Positions 1-11,900 of a DNA stretch of 64,000 bases are shown here, in pieces; the first letter of the stretch is position 1; the number at the start of each line of letters is the position of its first letter. The position numbers were made by a program, and so were the translations under genes. The notes beneath the pieces were generated by a model. It saw only the letters and a list, made by a program, of their open reading frames with translations. It was not told where the DNA came from and did no database searches. This DNA is from Carcharhinus longimanus (lineage: Eukaryota): assembly GCA_030264375.1 (NCBI GenBank), contig JASCQW010000162.1, positions 13,814,343-13,878,342 on the forward strand, in the 5' to 3' direction.

Positions 1-2734
1 TTAGCCTAACCATTGCAATCTACTGGTGTGTACAATTGTTAAATTTTCACATCAAAGTGACCTTGACAAGAGTCTTGCCTTGGAAGCAGGAAGAGGATCT
101 GAACACTTTTCTCTTTATTTCAATTTAATCATGGGACTTCGCAGGAAGGATAAAGGCGTTGGCTGAACATCGTAATTGAACGATTTACTTGCGGAAAGTT
201 GCGTGCAGTGGAATTGTAAATTGTAGCTGAGAGCAAGGCACGACAATGCATGTTCCACACCGGCCGTATCACAGAATAAACAAATATACCATTGTGCTAT
301 ATAAACACGCGATACTCTTTTGGGAAGTAATTTTTGAAGTGGGAAATTAAACTGAGGTGCACACATTACCCTTGTATCTTATGTTCAGCTTGCCTTTTGC
401 CAATCAGAAAGCAGTCACATAAAATCTTCCATGGGGGAATTCAAAATCTTTAATTTGCCACAGTAGTGCCACTGGTTCTCCAATCAGGGTTCCATCGTAA
501 TTTCGAGAGTAATGTCTTTTGTTGCTACCTACTTGCCCTCGGTACCAGCGGAGGAAATAGCCTGGCAAACGACATCACATTGAAATATATGAGTACACTT
601 GAAATACAGAGAAGAAAAGACAAACCAGATTCTTCCTTGAACAGGCCCAATACTTGTTGGTGAACATTTGACCGGTCTGTCAATGCATGACTTGTCCAAA
701 TGATGATTTGGAGTTAGACGCCCAAAGAAAGACACACCTTGATCTTTGATAATTAAAATATTAGTTACGAAGCACACATTACCGCGTGTACTAGAAAAAG
801 AATATATGAATTTTAACTATATTAAGCTTGTGCACGTCGCTCATACATCACAGTGGTATGTATGTGCCGATTGCTCCCGTCTTTATAAGAGAAAGAAACC
901 GAGATATCCATGTGTTAAGCTTTAAGTTCAAATAGATTTTTTAAAACTGAAAACATTGTGGCATTTTAATAAACGTTGCCTGTGTAGTCTATTCACAGAG
1001 AAGTGCTGTTCCCGATTGAATTTAAGACCCAGTGTCATCATTACGGTTAAATCACGCCAAACTACAGAAGCAGTTTTGATGTTTTAGGCATCTTCCAGAG
1101 GCCGTTTATCATTCTTTGTAATACCGGCGCGAGTCACGTATGTGTAGCCAAAATTATTATTGTGCCAAAAGTTTTTTTAGTACACGAGAAAATATAATGA
1201 TGCATTTTCAGCATTGTCTAGTGAGTGTTTTTACACTGAAATGAATTGCTGAAAATAAAGATAAAATCACCTTCACAACGCCAATACTGCATGCAAGAGA
1301 GCTTATAATGTAACATCACCTTCACTCGATTCGAAATACTGTTCCGGCAAACCAGTGGAAAAATAATATACATTAAGCTAGCAAAAGAAATGTTTATTTA
1401 TCTTGCCCAGCATTGTAGTTACGTACACTCATACTATTAACATTATGATAGTCATGCGTTGTTGGTACTCAATCATAGCGGTTTATGCTATTGTATTTTT
1501 GTGTTACCATCAAACCAAACTTCTTTATTCAACCTATACACGCCCCAGAGTGCTCTATCATTCCAAAGTTGATGCAATACGAAAAAAAAAAGTGATGCAC
1601 AATATTATGGTAACATGCGCAAGCCAATTGTTCAAAGCAAAAGGGCTTGTGATTTGGACGCCGTTTATCCCGAGCCTAAACATCGATTCAACGAGGGGAA
1701 AGGGGCCACCCGTCAAACGCCCTTGCTACCTTTGCCGAATTAATTCCACTACAGGTGCTTATCACCCATTGCAGCTGCTGCACTATGTTTACCTGTATTT
1801 GTAGTTGCTGCGGTTCCTATACTTGGCGACAGAATTCAACGATCATCGCTGTTGCTTCATTGGCATAGCCGAAATGTGTACTATTTATGGTTCGTAAACG
1901 ACAACGATGAGTGGACAGGGAAACGAATTATCAATATATATATTTGACTCTTTAAATAAATATTGTAAAAGCGAATCTTAATTGTCCGCATTACTTCAAC
2001 TGGAAATTTGTACATTCTCGAATTGAGTAAGCTGCGAGGTCCACTTATTGTTCTGGCATATGATTAGCGAACTTACTTTTCCTGAAATGCCAATTACAAT
2101 CATATATATATAGGGTATCAGCGGTACAAATAATATATACTCACGTGTATTATATAAAACACATTCTCACACAAACACATACATGCCTATGTATATACTA
2201 TAGGACACGCGTTGCCACCCTGTCCCCTCCCACCACCGCTCCCCCTTCCACACACACACACAGCAGTCAGCACCCACATAGAGAACATTGATTCATCAAA
2301 CAAAATTTGACTTCATAAAGGTGTAATTCACGCAACCGCGAGTCACACCGGTAATATATTTTAATGCAACNNNNNNNNNNNNNNNNNNNNNNNNNNNNNN
2401 NNNNNNNNNNNNNNNNNNNNNNNNNNNNNNNNNNNNNNNNNNNNNNNNNNNNNNNNNNNNNNNNNNNNNNNNNNNNNNNNNNNNNNNNNNNNNNNNNNNN
2501 NNNNNNNNNNNNNNNNNNNNNNNNNNNNNNNNNNNNNNNNNNNNNNNNNNNNNNNNNNNNNNNNNNNNNNNNNNNNNNNNNNNNNNNNNNNNNNNNNNNN
2601 NNNNNNNNNNNNNNNNNNNNNNNNNNNNNNNNCAAGTTTAATGTTTGAATTCAGATGAAATATGCTCATTCAATAATGATATCGCAGACCTATATCAAGG
2701 AACCAGCAAAATAATTTAACATTTTAATTCTGGT

Positions 2735-2758
2735 TGTGTGTGTGTGTGTGTGTGTGTG
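2735..2758 (+). repeat. (TG)n microsatellite
   Basis: Seen directly, about 12 units. Confidence 0.9.
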
Positions 2759-5700
2759 TTGCAAGCATAAATATGTATGCGAGGACATTTAAAGTAACAT
2801 AATTTATACAGATGTAATTATTGCTGGATCGCATTAGTGTGTGTGTTAGACGCTGCCGTAAGTGACGGGTAACTAATTTGTCCTGCTCGGTGTCAGTGGA
2901 CAGCCTTTGCTATAAGGTCAGTAGATGGCGATTATAATAAATATTCACCAGCACGTGTAGGCACTCTTGGCCACATTTCCAATGAGCGCACTGCGCATGT
3001 ACCGCGACTGGCTACACTACAACCCACTACCATTCCGCCAAAGTGAAGTTTCGGGCATGTTTCACACTAATAGAAATGTCTGGCTGACACAAAAGTCATT
3101 TCAGGCGAGCAACACGGAGCGAATGTTCTGTTTCATCTCTGTCTCTCTCTCTCTCTCCTCTAAAAGTAGCGACCGATTAGTATTCCCTCACCTCCTCCGA
3201 CTGCTTTCGGTAGAAATTCCCCGCGTTCCCGAGGCAGATATGGGTAACGCCAAACTGTTTATGCTAATTCCCCCTTAAACCCCCCCCCCCCACACCTTTT
3301 TTTGTGTGTGTGGAAAGTGCGTCATCTGGTTAACTCCGTGCTATTGTGTGCTATCATTCTAACGTTGGGATAAATGTTACAAATTGATGACAGCTTCCAG
3401 CTGCAGGTTAAAAATAGCAGCGACGTTCCACAGGCTGATCGTGTTTCTTTGAGTTAGTGAATTGCAGAGCCCTCAAGAGCCCATGGGCCTTCAGCTCGAT
3501 TTCTGTAGGTAAACAAGGAGAAATTGTAAATTCGCCAAGATCGAATCTCTATTTATATGTGTATATGGAAAAACACCGGCTCTATTTGGGTAAACTTAAT
3601 TTACAACGCATTGTTTTCAAAGCGAGCTAAGAACCCAAACGTGCATGGCGCTATCCGTGTGCAAACACATACATGCCTGTAATAGAACCCATTTAGTTGC
3701 ATTGATTCTGGCTGCCAATAATGAAACTGGCCGATTTTCTGCGAGCGAGACGTTTGGACAAAGTGCACGCTGGTTCCTAACATGGGAACAACCCGTTGCA
3801 CTATAAGCAAGTGCAGAATTCCATGAAATGGGAACCACGCGATCCCCAAACCTAACAGGCCAGCCAACGCGAGTGGACAGCGGTAGGAAATCGCACTTCA
3901 TTGGGGGGGCTTCATGTGTAGAGTGATTTCCATCCCACCATTGAAGACAATATTCGTCGGTTGTAGATTTTCGGTGCTTTAAGAACGGGCCTAATGAAGG
4001 CCGAAGCTGTGCAGAGAGGAGATCGACGTTTTTGTTTTAAAAATGTACCCTGTATTTGTCTCCAAAATCATATTGATAAATATTGTCAGCAGCCCCTGTT
4101 TGGAGAGCCGGCGATAAAGGCAACACCGACCCGCTCTCACGTTGTCAATCCGCGCTTGCTTTCTTTTTACCCACATATATAAAAAATATCGCCCCATTCA
4201 ACACCAAAGAGTAGAATGCACTGTGTTCAGCTTTTGGCGTTCTGTTCAGTGCCATATTTATATTTTTCTGTGAAACGGTGCATACATCAAAACTCGGTCT
4301 GAGAGCATTTCCTCTGACTCAGGTCATCTACAGTGTGTTCACTGGTTTTCTCTAATAGCGTGGAATAAATAGTATATTCTATCGCAAACTCCCTGGGGTT
4401 TCAAAAAAGCAATAAACCATGATGAAAATAGCACTTTGTTTTAGAAATTAAGCAAGAAATAAAATCCAGTTGACCAATAACATTGCTGTTCTACTTCCAG
4501 CCCCGTCTGAGGTGTAAAGAAAGTCAAACATCTAGTGAGTGCCTTTTGCGATTCTTCTGGCCGCAACGATTCGAATCGTTGTGCTAGAAATTAGAAACTT
4601 TTTTGTATCGATTGCGCTTTAAATTTCCTATTTATTCAAGTTGTAAACTTTTGCTTCTATCGATTCGCCAGGCAGTCGTGAATATTCGACAAAGCGACGA
4701 TAGGCTTGGAACAGAGAGGGGAGGGGGGGTGGGGGNNNNNNNNNNNNNNNNNNNNNNNNNNNNNNNNNNNNNNNNNNNNNNNNNNNNNNNNNNNNNNNNN
4801 NNNNNNNNNNNNNNNNNNNNNNNNNNNNNNNNNNNGCAAGAGTCAGCAGTCCGCGGTCGATTAAACAAAGTAAGTAAATTTTAAGAATTTGTAAATGGAG
4901 TGGTCGGGGTGTTTGACAATCACGTCCCACAGTCTGGAAGAGTGAGAAGTTACTATCCTGTCCGTGCAATACCGCCACTTGCACAGGTTCAAAACACACC
5001 GTGCCTTACACGCAAACTTTACCTTGTCAATAATAGGCAGTTATTATCGCAGTTTCCCACAGGGGTTCCAACGTGTAACTCCTGCATATTTGTTTTTATT
5101 TCCTAATATTTCATGAGTGCTAAGAGCAAAATAAAAGGGCATTTTTTTTCCTACTGACACTAACCTATAGAACAGCCTCAGAACCGGTTTAATGTTTACA
5201 AACAACACGGTCTCCTGCACACCCATAGCTGGCTTACAATGATGTGTATTTTTGTCACCCTTAACACTAAACACGTTCACTGAATGATTTTTTAATTTTT
5301 TTTCCGAATGTTTTATTCCAACCCACCAACTTTGCTGGTCCTTTGCTACTAACATTGGCAAATTCGCAAATAAATAAAAAAACATTCAAACGTATCTTGG
5401 CCTATGCAGCAAGAGAAAACTCTGCAAATGACCTTTCTTATGTTGTTGCTTAGCGAATCTCCATCTCACTGGCAGCTCAGTCCTCACGATCCTTCCTTCT
5501 GCAAGGTGGCGCTCTATGATTTGGTTTTACTTTGAACACTGCGATGGCTGACTGTTACTGGCTGCTGAGAAGATTAATTTCAAAAAAGTGCCATTATTCG
5601 CGAACGTACATAAGGCCACGGCTTGGTTTTACCAAAAAAAACACAAGCTAATGAATTACTAAATATCATAGTTGAAACGTATCCTCGTTGGTGGGAATCA

Positions 5701-7133
5701 GCATTCTGCGCACTGCCTGTTAGGCAGTTAAGGTTATTCCAACCGCTGTTGTAAAACACCAACATTACGTTTCAGACTATGATTGCTGAACTAATATTTA
5801 CGAATGTAATTGCATTTGGTGCTACATTGCGCTTTCTGGACCGGATGGACTTATCTCTTTCTCTAAGCCGTTTGCTTACCATATAGCACTGGCCTCTCTA
5901 ACCCTAATCTTCGAATAAGCAGTTAAACTATCAATCTCACCTCGCGGAAGGTCAGTTTCTGTTATGTACTCTATGGACATCACAAGCATTCGTAACTTCA
6001 GCTAGCATGATGATTTGTGTTGTCTGTTGATATGTTGTCTGCTTAATGGGGCGGTCATGCAAGCTACAATGAAGAACAAAGCCCAACAGTTCCAACAAGC
6101 GTAGCTAAGTTAGTGGAAGCAGTATTGCCTGCAAATCTATCAAAGTAAATAGCAAAGAAGACAATCTGATTTAGTGAAACAGGCGTTCGGCTACAGTCAT
6201 TAAACATAAGTAATTTAGATTTTTATTTTTTTCCCCTCACTTAGCAATTTCTATCAGAGCATCTTGGAATGGAACTGGATTTTAAAAGCGGATGGGAATT
6301 AAATAAGGAAAGGCGCATAAAGAAAATCAGATTACATAAAATAAATTGTGTTCTTGTAGATTTAATTTCGCACTAAGTGGTTGGGTTTAGAAGCATTGGT
6401 TATAATTCACAGAAAAGAACATAAATTAAAAATGATTTCAATTAATGCCAGCTATGAACGATTGTAATTGCAATGATATGAAACCACGAAGGCCTCAGCT
6501 AATGGTAAACACGCATTTCCTGCCCTTCTGTATGAAAAAGTTTGAGAAATCTGTCATAATTGAATCTTTAAAAGGTGCTTGCAATGAGGCCTAATTAAAT
6601 AGATATATTTGAAAATTCTTTGGCTTTCAAAAATAATGCAGTATTTATCAACGCAGTTCCAGAAACAAACGTGTCTAAAAGAGGACACATTATTCTTTCG
6701 CTAACTTCCTGTGAAGTCAGGCGGTTGTCTTTACCCGGTGCATCAATTAAATGGCAGCGTTAATATTTATGTCGGGAGGGTAATCTTTTTTCATCTCTAA
6801 TATTTTATGGCTGCTATTGCAAGCTCTGAAAAGTTAATTTAAAATATTATTATATAGTGAGCCAAAATTTGGGTTTTATAAATTTAGGTATGAATACTAA
6901 TTACGTAATAAGCTAATATCAGCAGGGGATGCTTGCATCCATCATTTTTATATTTCCAAAGGCAGTTTTCTGATGGCTTAATAGAGATGAATCCAGCAAT
7001 GTATATTATGTGTATATAATATATATTATATATATATATCATTTTACTCCCTGTTTCCTTGATTATTATGTGACGTGTAACAATTTGTGGTATGAATAAA
7101 AATACTGAATGCAATGCATTGGATTTTGGAATC

Positions 7134-7139
7134 TTTAAT
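7134..7139 (-). terminator. Candidate Zic1 polyadenylation signal (ATTAAA)
   Basis: On the minus strand TCGTACAATATTAAAG lies about 0.9 kb past the stop in an AU-rich 3' UTR, followed by U-rich sequence. No transcript evidence. Confidence 0.4.
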
Positions 7140-8021
7140 ATTGTACGAAATGTTATGGAACAGTTTGTAAACTAGGTTTTACAAACGAATGCATCTTTCA
7201 TAAATATCGAATATCTGTAACACGTAATACCGGTAATTTACGTACATGCGGATAAATATGGAGATTGGGGATATATACATAAATTTATCGCAACTGCGAA
7301 GGCAATGAAGAGATAAATTTCTTATTTTGCTTCAATATCAAGTCTTACATAAAACAAAGTTACATTTTAACACGGAGTTCCAAGCTTGCACTACGATTTT
7401 TTTTGACATAACAAGCAACACTTTGAACACTTCACTATTCCGACTAGACTTTGGGACGAAAGGTTTGCACTGGATACAAAAAGCACATTAATAACAATAG
7501 TATCTGCTAGCTTTCTGATGCTCAGTTGAGACTGAAATACAAAGTAATTCACATTTTGGTACACATCGACTATAGTAACTTTTTTTTGCCATCCATAAAC
7601 AAATAGTTGCGTTTTTTTTCCAACCGTCGCCCAGATATGCAAATACCACGTTGACAAATCCCCTGTGATATGCCTATGTACAAGATTCAAACATTAGACT
7701 TTTAAACTAGTAATTCTATATTTACAAAAACGGAAAGAGCAAAGGCCGCTGCCATAGAACACATGCAATTTCAGAGCTTTGTCAGTCCTTTCTTAAACCT
7801 AGCACTAGGCAATGGCTAGTGAAATAGCATCGTCCTACATGCATTTTAAAATTCGCAACTATGGAACCTTTGAAAGGTTTTGGTTTCTTCCTGTATTATT
7901 CCTCTCGGCGTCTATTGGCAGCTTTTTTTTGTCTTTGATTCCTCGCGATCGTAACTTTGGAGTCTTTTTTGAAAAGTTTTGTTTTGTTATGCTTTTGTGT
8001 ATTTTTTTGATGTAGGTTTAC

Positions 8022-8219
8022 TTAAACGTACCATTCGTTAAAGTTCGATGAAAGCGTGCTGTGGTTGGATGTGTGGTGGACTGCAGACGATGTTGGGGAC
8101 ATTGAACTGTTGGTCTGGTTTTCTGTTGTCGGCGACACGATGGTGGGGGGTGTTGAGGACTCGTAGCCAGAACTTGCCGCAGGAGAGGGCTGTGACCCTT
8201 GAGAGGATGCTTCGTGGAC
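8022..8219 (-). CDS. zic1: Zic1 coding exon 3 (Ser/Thr-rich C-terminus)
   Basis: Acceptor TTTTTCTTTGCTAG|GTC. Translates [30 protein letters not shown]...[10 protein letters not shown], the characteristic Zic1/2/3 C-terminus; TAA at 8024-8022. Not shown in this frame in the ORF track. Total protein 446 aa. Confidence 0.96.
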   Translation of the reverse strand, partial: VHEASSQGSQPSPAASSGYESSTPPTIVSPTTENQTNSSMSPTSSAVHHTSNHSTLSSNFNEWYV

Positions 8220-8681
8220 CTAGCAAAGAAAAAAAAACATCCACCATGTAAGGCTTAGACAACCACGGCGTTTGTGTAAAGCTTGATTAAGAATCTGAGA
8301 AGTATATATTATACACATGCACAATAACAATGATAAGGCATTTCAAAAAATCCAACTCTTTTTTTAAAAAAAATCTGCTCTAATATTCCAAAATTGCTAA
8401 GCGACAAAGTAGCAAAAGGAAAATGCCCGAAATAATTTCACATGAAGCCGAAAACTGCTGTAACTGTGAACGGTGTGCAGGTTTGACCTATGATAGAATA
8501 AAATATATTGAGCAGGCAAGGGATGGTATCTCTTTAATTTAATGTGCAGAGTGTGGAAGCTGTCAGCTATTGAAGATGACCATTCAATTTCCTTACGCCC
8601 TCAGCGTTGTACTCACTTAATGCAACTGTAAATATTTCGCAATCCCACAGAGATGATTTTATTTATTTATTTATATTTTTA

Positions 8682-8888
<207 letters not shown>

Positions 8889-10411
8889 TCAGCTCTTCTC
8901 AAATTCACCACTCATATGTACATATATACATTAATATCACCTTCCTTTACGACCTTGTATATCTCGAGTTTACAAAAAGAAAGCAAAGCAAAACAGGCAC
9001 TCATTTTGGAATTCCCTCCCGTAGGCATCTGCGAACATGCCTCGCAAACCGTAGATTTCCGCAGCGGTATTTATTTATTCTAACCTTTTTTTAAAAAATA
9101 TATGTGGTGCACACAGCTGGGAATTTTATGAAGAATGAATAAGGTTGATTAATAAATGTTGATTCTTTGCTTAATTTGTGACATCGTCAGTGGCTGGTTG
9201 CACTATGTTTGCAGCTGCCGTGGCGCCCTTCACACGAAGCTCTGACTTGCTTTATTTCCCTTTGAAAATTGCGGTGATGCGTTGAATAAAGTTGAAAAAT
9301 ATGTAACAGAACAGTTTTAGGTTTCTGATTCTCGCACGTAATACCGTCCCTCCCCGAAACAAGCTCTTGCTTCTGTGGTGAACCTTTGCAACGCCAACGC
9401 TGAAATGGCGATTTCGAAAATGTAACGAGGATTTGCTAATGCCATTAACATTTTCGCTTTAATTGAACCGTTTCCAATTCTGTTTATTTAGCGTAGGAGT
9501 TGGTGGACATCTCGTGCAGTGAAGTGAATTGTCGCTAAGTGCCCCTGGAGGTTTTATAGTCGAGAAAGTGTTAAATCCCGACTTTGCAAAATCTTTACAA
9601 CTACCTAACCATTATGTGTCATTAACATCGACATTGTTGTCGTGTGCTATTTTCTCCACGGCCGCACATTGTGAACTAAGTTTTAACAAGACTGTAAGCC
9701 CTAGAGAGCCCAAAATGTATGTAAAGGTATACATATATTATACAGAGATATACGCACACACACGGACATATATACTACAGTATGCATACATACACAGACA
9801 AATACATACGCACAAATATATTTAAATATATGCGCCTGCGTATAAAAAGTTAGCATTGCAGTTATATATGCACGCACTTGCAAACACATACAGATAGATA
9901 TAAATATTCAAATATAACATAAGACAGAAAAGAGGAAGCGAGAAACAAAAATATACACTCCAGTTGCTGCTTGCGAATTTCTAACGAAACTAAGCAAACC
10001 AGCAAATGGATAATTCCACCCTCAAAAAAAAATTAAGCTTGGTGACAATTTAATTAAAAATAAACACATCACAATATATCTGTAGCTTAACCATTTTCCG
10101 TCAATGTTGGAATCAGTAAGCAATGCATTAAATGTCCTTGCAGGACGGCACAGAATCTAATAACATTCTACATGTTTAAAAGAACGGCGCCCACAACATC
10201 AAAAATACAGAGCTCAGGGAGTTAAGGGAAATCAAAATACTTAAACATGCTAATTTTATTCTGATATAAATATTTATCTACACACGCATCTACAACACGT
10301 TTACAAAATAAATACTTGGAGTGTCCCATTTATTTTTTTAATGGAAAGTATGATTGAAACGGCTATAAATGCTTCGTAGTATTTCATTCTCTCTAAATAC
10401 ATTCGCCATAC

Positions 10412-11390
10412 CTGTGTGAGTTCTTTTGTGGATCTTGAGGTTTTCTGATCTGGCAAAGACTTTGCCACAGCCAGGGAATGGACAGGGGAATGGTTTCTCG
10501 CCAGTGTGGACTCTGATGTGATTTACAAGTTTATATTTGGCTTTGAAAGGTTTTCCCTCTCTTGGACACTCTTCCCAGAAACAGATATGATTCGACTGCT
10601 CTGGTCCCCCAACGTGTTCCACTGTTACGTGAGTAACCAGTTCGTGCATCGTGCTAAAAGTTTTGTTGCAGGATTTTTTAGGATTCGTCAACTGTTCGGG
10701 CTCTACCCATTTACATATGAGTTCTTGTTTAATGGGCTGCCTCATGTAACGAAAGAAGGCCCCGGCCCCATGGTGGGCCGCCATGTTCATGTTCATGGGT
10801 CCATAGCTGTGTAGCTGGGTCGAGGCGTAGTGGTCCGATCTGGGACTAGTGACCTGGCTGTATTGGTCTGCTCTGCCATACATGTCCCCGGAAAAGCCTA
10901 AGCGCATTTGGCCGTTCATTACATGTGCATTGGGAGAAGCGTGGGTCGTCGCCTGCTCGTGTAGACCCGGGAAGAGTAGGTGCCCCGCAGCGTCAGTGTG
11001 TCCATGGGGTCCCGCAAAACTGCCCGCAGCCGCCGCCGAGGCGAACAGGCTGTGGCCGGCGCTGGCAGCCGCCGCCGCCTCCCCAAAGCCCCGATTGCGA
11101 AACAGAAAGTCCCGGGTCGAGTTGAACGCTGCGCTGCTGTACGAACTCACATGGCTGGGATGGTGACCGAGAGCGGCGGCGTAGCCTGGAGCCTGCGACG
11201 TGAAGGCAGTTTGACCCGAAGCGAGATCGTGAGTGCTGGGGCTGATTTTAAAAGCACCCATCCCGTCGGCGAAAGGATTGATCCCCAGCCCCACTTCCCG
11301 GTCGTTGACATCGCCTGTTGAGTGATGTCGGGATGTTCCGAAGGTAGTCACTCCAAGAGTAGGGTACTGAGGTCCAGCGTCCAGAAGCAT
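10412..11390 (-). CDS. zic1: Zic1 coding exon 1 (N-terminus, ZOC motif, ZF-NC, ZF1-ZF3)
   Basis: ATG at 11390 gives [18 protein letters not shown]...[15 protein letters not shown], the Zic1 N-terminus. Contains ZOC motif [12 protein letters not shown] and [19 protein letters not shown] followed by three C2H2 fingers. Ends ACA G|GTATGG (phase-1 donor at 10411). 979 nt. Confidence 0.97.
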
Positions 11391-11779
11391 CGTCTGGCGA
11401 TGGGGGTACAGAAGCAAAAATGATACAAATTTTGTAACAAAAAAAGAAGCTACACACAATTCACAACGAAACTTGCTTAATACAAAATAGTCTCAGAGTC
11501 TGTTTGGAGGACTTGCAAAAACTCCTTTTTGTTTCCCCTTTTTTTTCTCCCCTCCTTCTCCCTCTCCTCTTCAGCGTGTGGGAATTTGCTGAAAGGTATT
11601 TTCTTCCCCCCTCTGCAAACGCAAATCATGCAATATTGTCTTTTGCGGTTTATCTTCCTGGGGAGAAACTTTCACCTCATCAGCCGGGCGGTGAGCTCGA
11701 GAATGATAGCGGCAATCATTCCTGCAGATAAATGAATTGAAGAGACAACACCATCCCCTTGATGAATGGGAGTTGGGGG

Positions 11780-11900
11780 AGGAGTCACGTGGCGGAGGGC
11801 GTCCCTGTCCATTGGTCAGGCCCGTGCTGCCCCGTTGCGCCAGGCCGCCAATCACAGGCGCCCGCCCTTGCTCCCGCCGCCTGATTGGCCCGCTCGCCTC
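11780..11900 (-). promoter_or_regulatory. Zic1 proximal promoter (GC/CpG-rich; 3 CCAAT boxes, E-box, GC box)
   Basis: CACGTG 11786-11791; ATTGG 11811-11815; CCAAT 11848-11852; CCCGCCC 11861-11867; ATTGG 11884-11888. About 400-500 bp upstream of the Zic1 ATG. Confidence 0.7.

Noticed and set aside
4564-4581. Perfect 18-bp palindrome CAACGATTCGAATCGTTG
   Set aside because: About 0.25 such palindromes are expected by chance in 64 kb, and there is no supporting context.
10338-10411. ORF read-through after Zic1 exon 1 (MANVFRENE...)
   Set aside because: Intronic. A canonical GT donor sits at the conserved Zic intron position.
10506-11321. Plus-strand ORFs overlapping Zic1 exon 1, and alternative-frame ORFs over the Zic4 exons
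   Set aside because: Shadow ORFs of GC-rich coding sequence with no recognisable domains.
11391-11459. 23-aa N-terminal extension of Zic1 (MCVASFF...) in the ORF track
   Set aside because: It starts at a non-ATG codon in T-rich leader sequence. Homology to Zic1 begins at ATG 11390.
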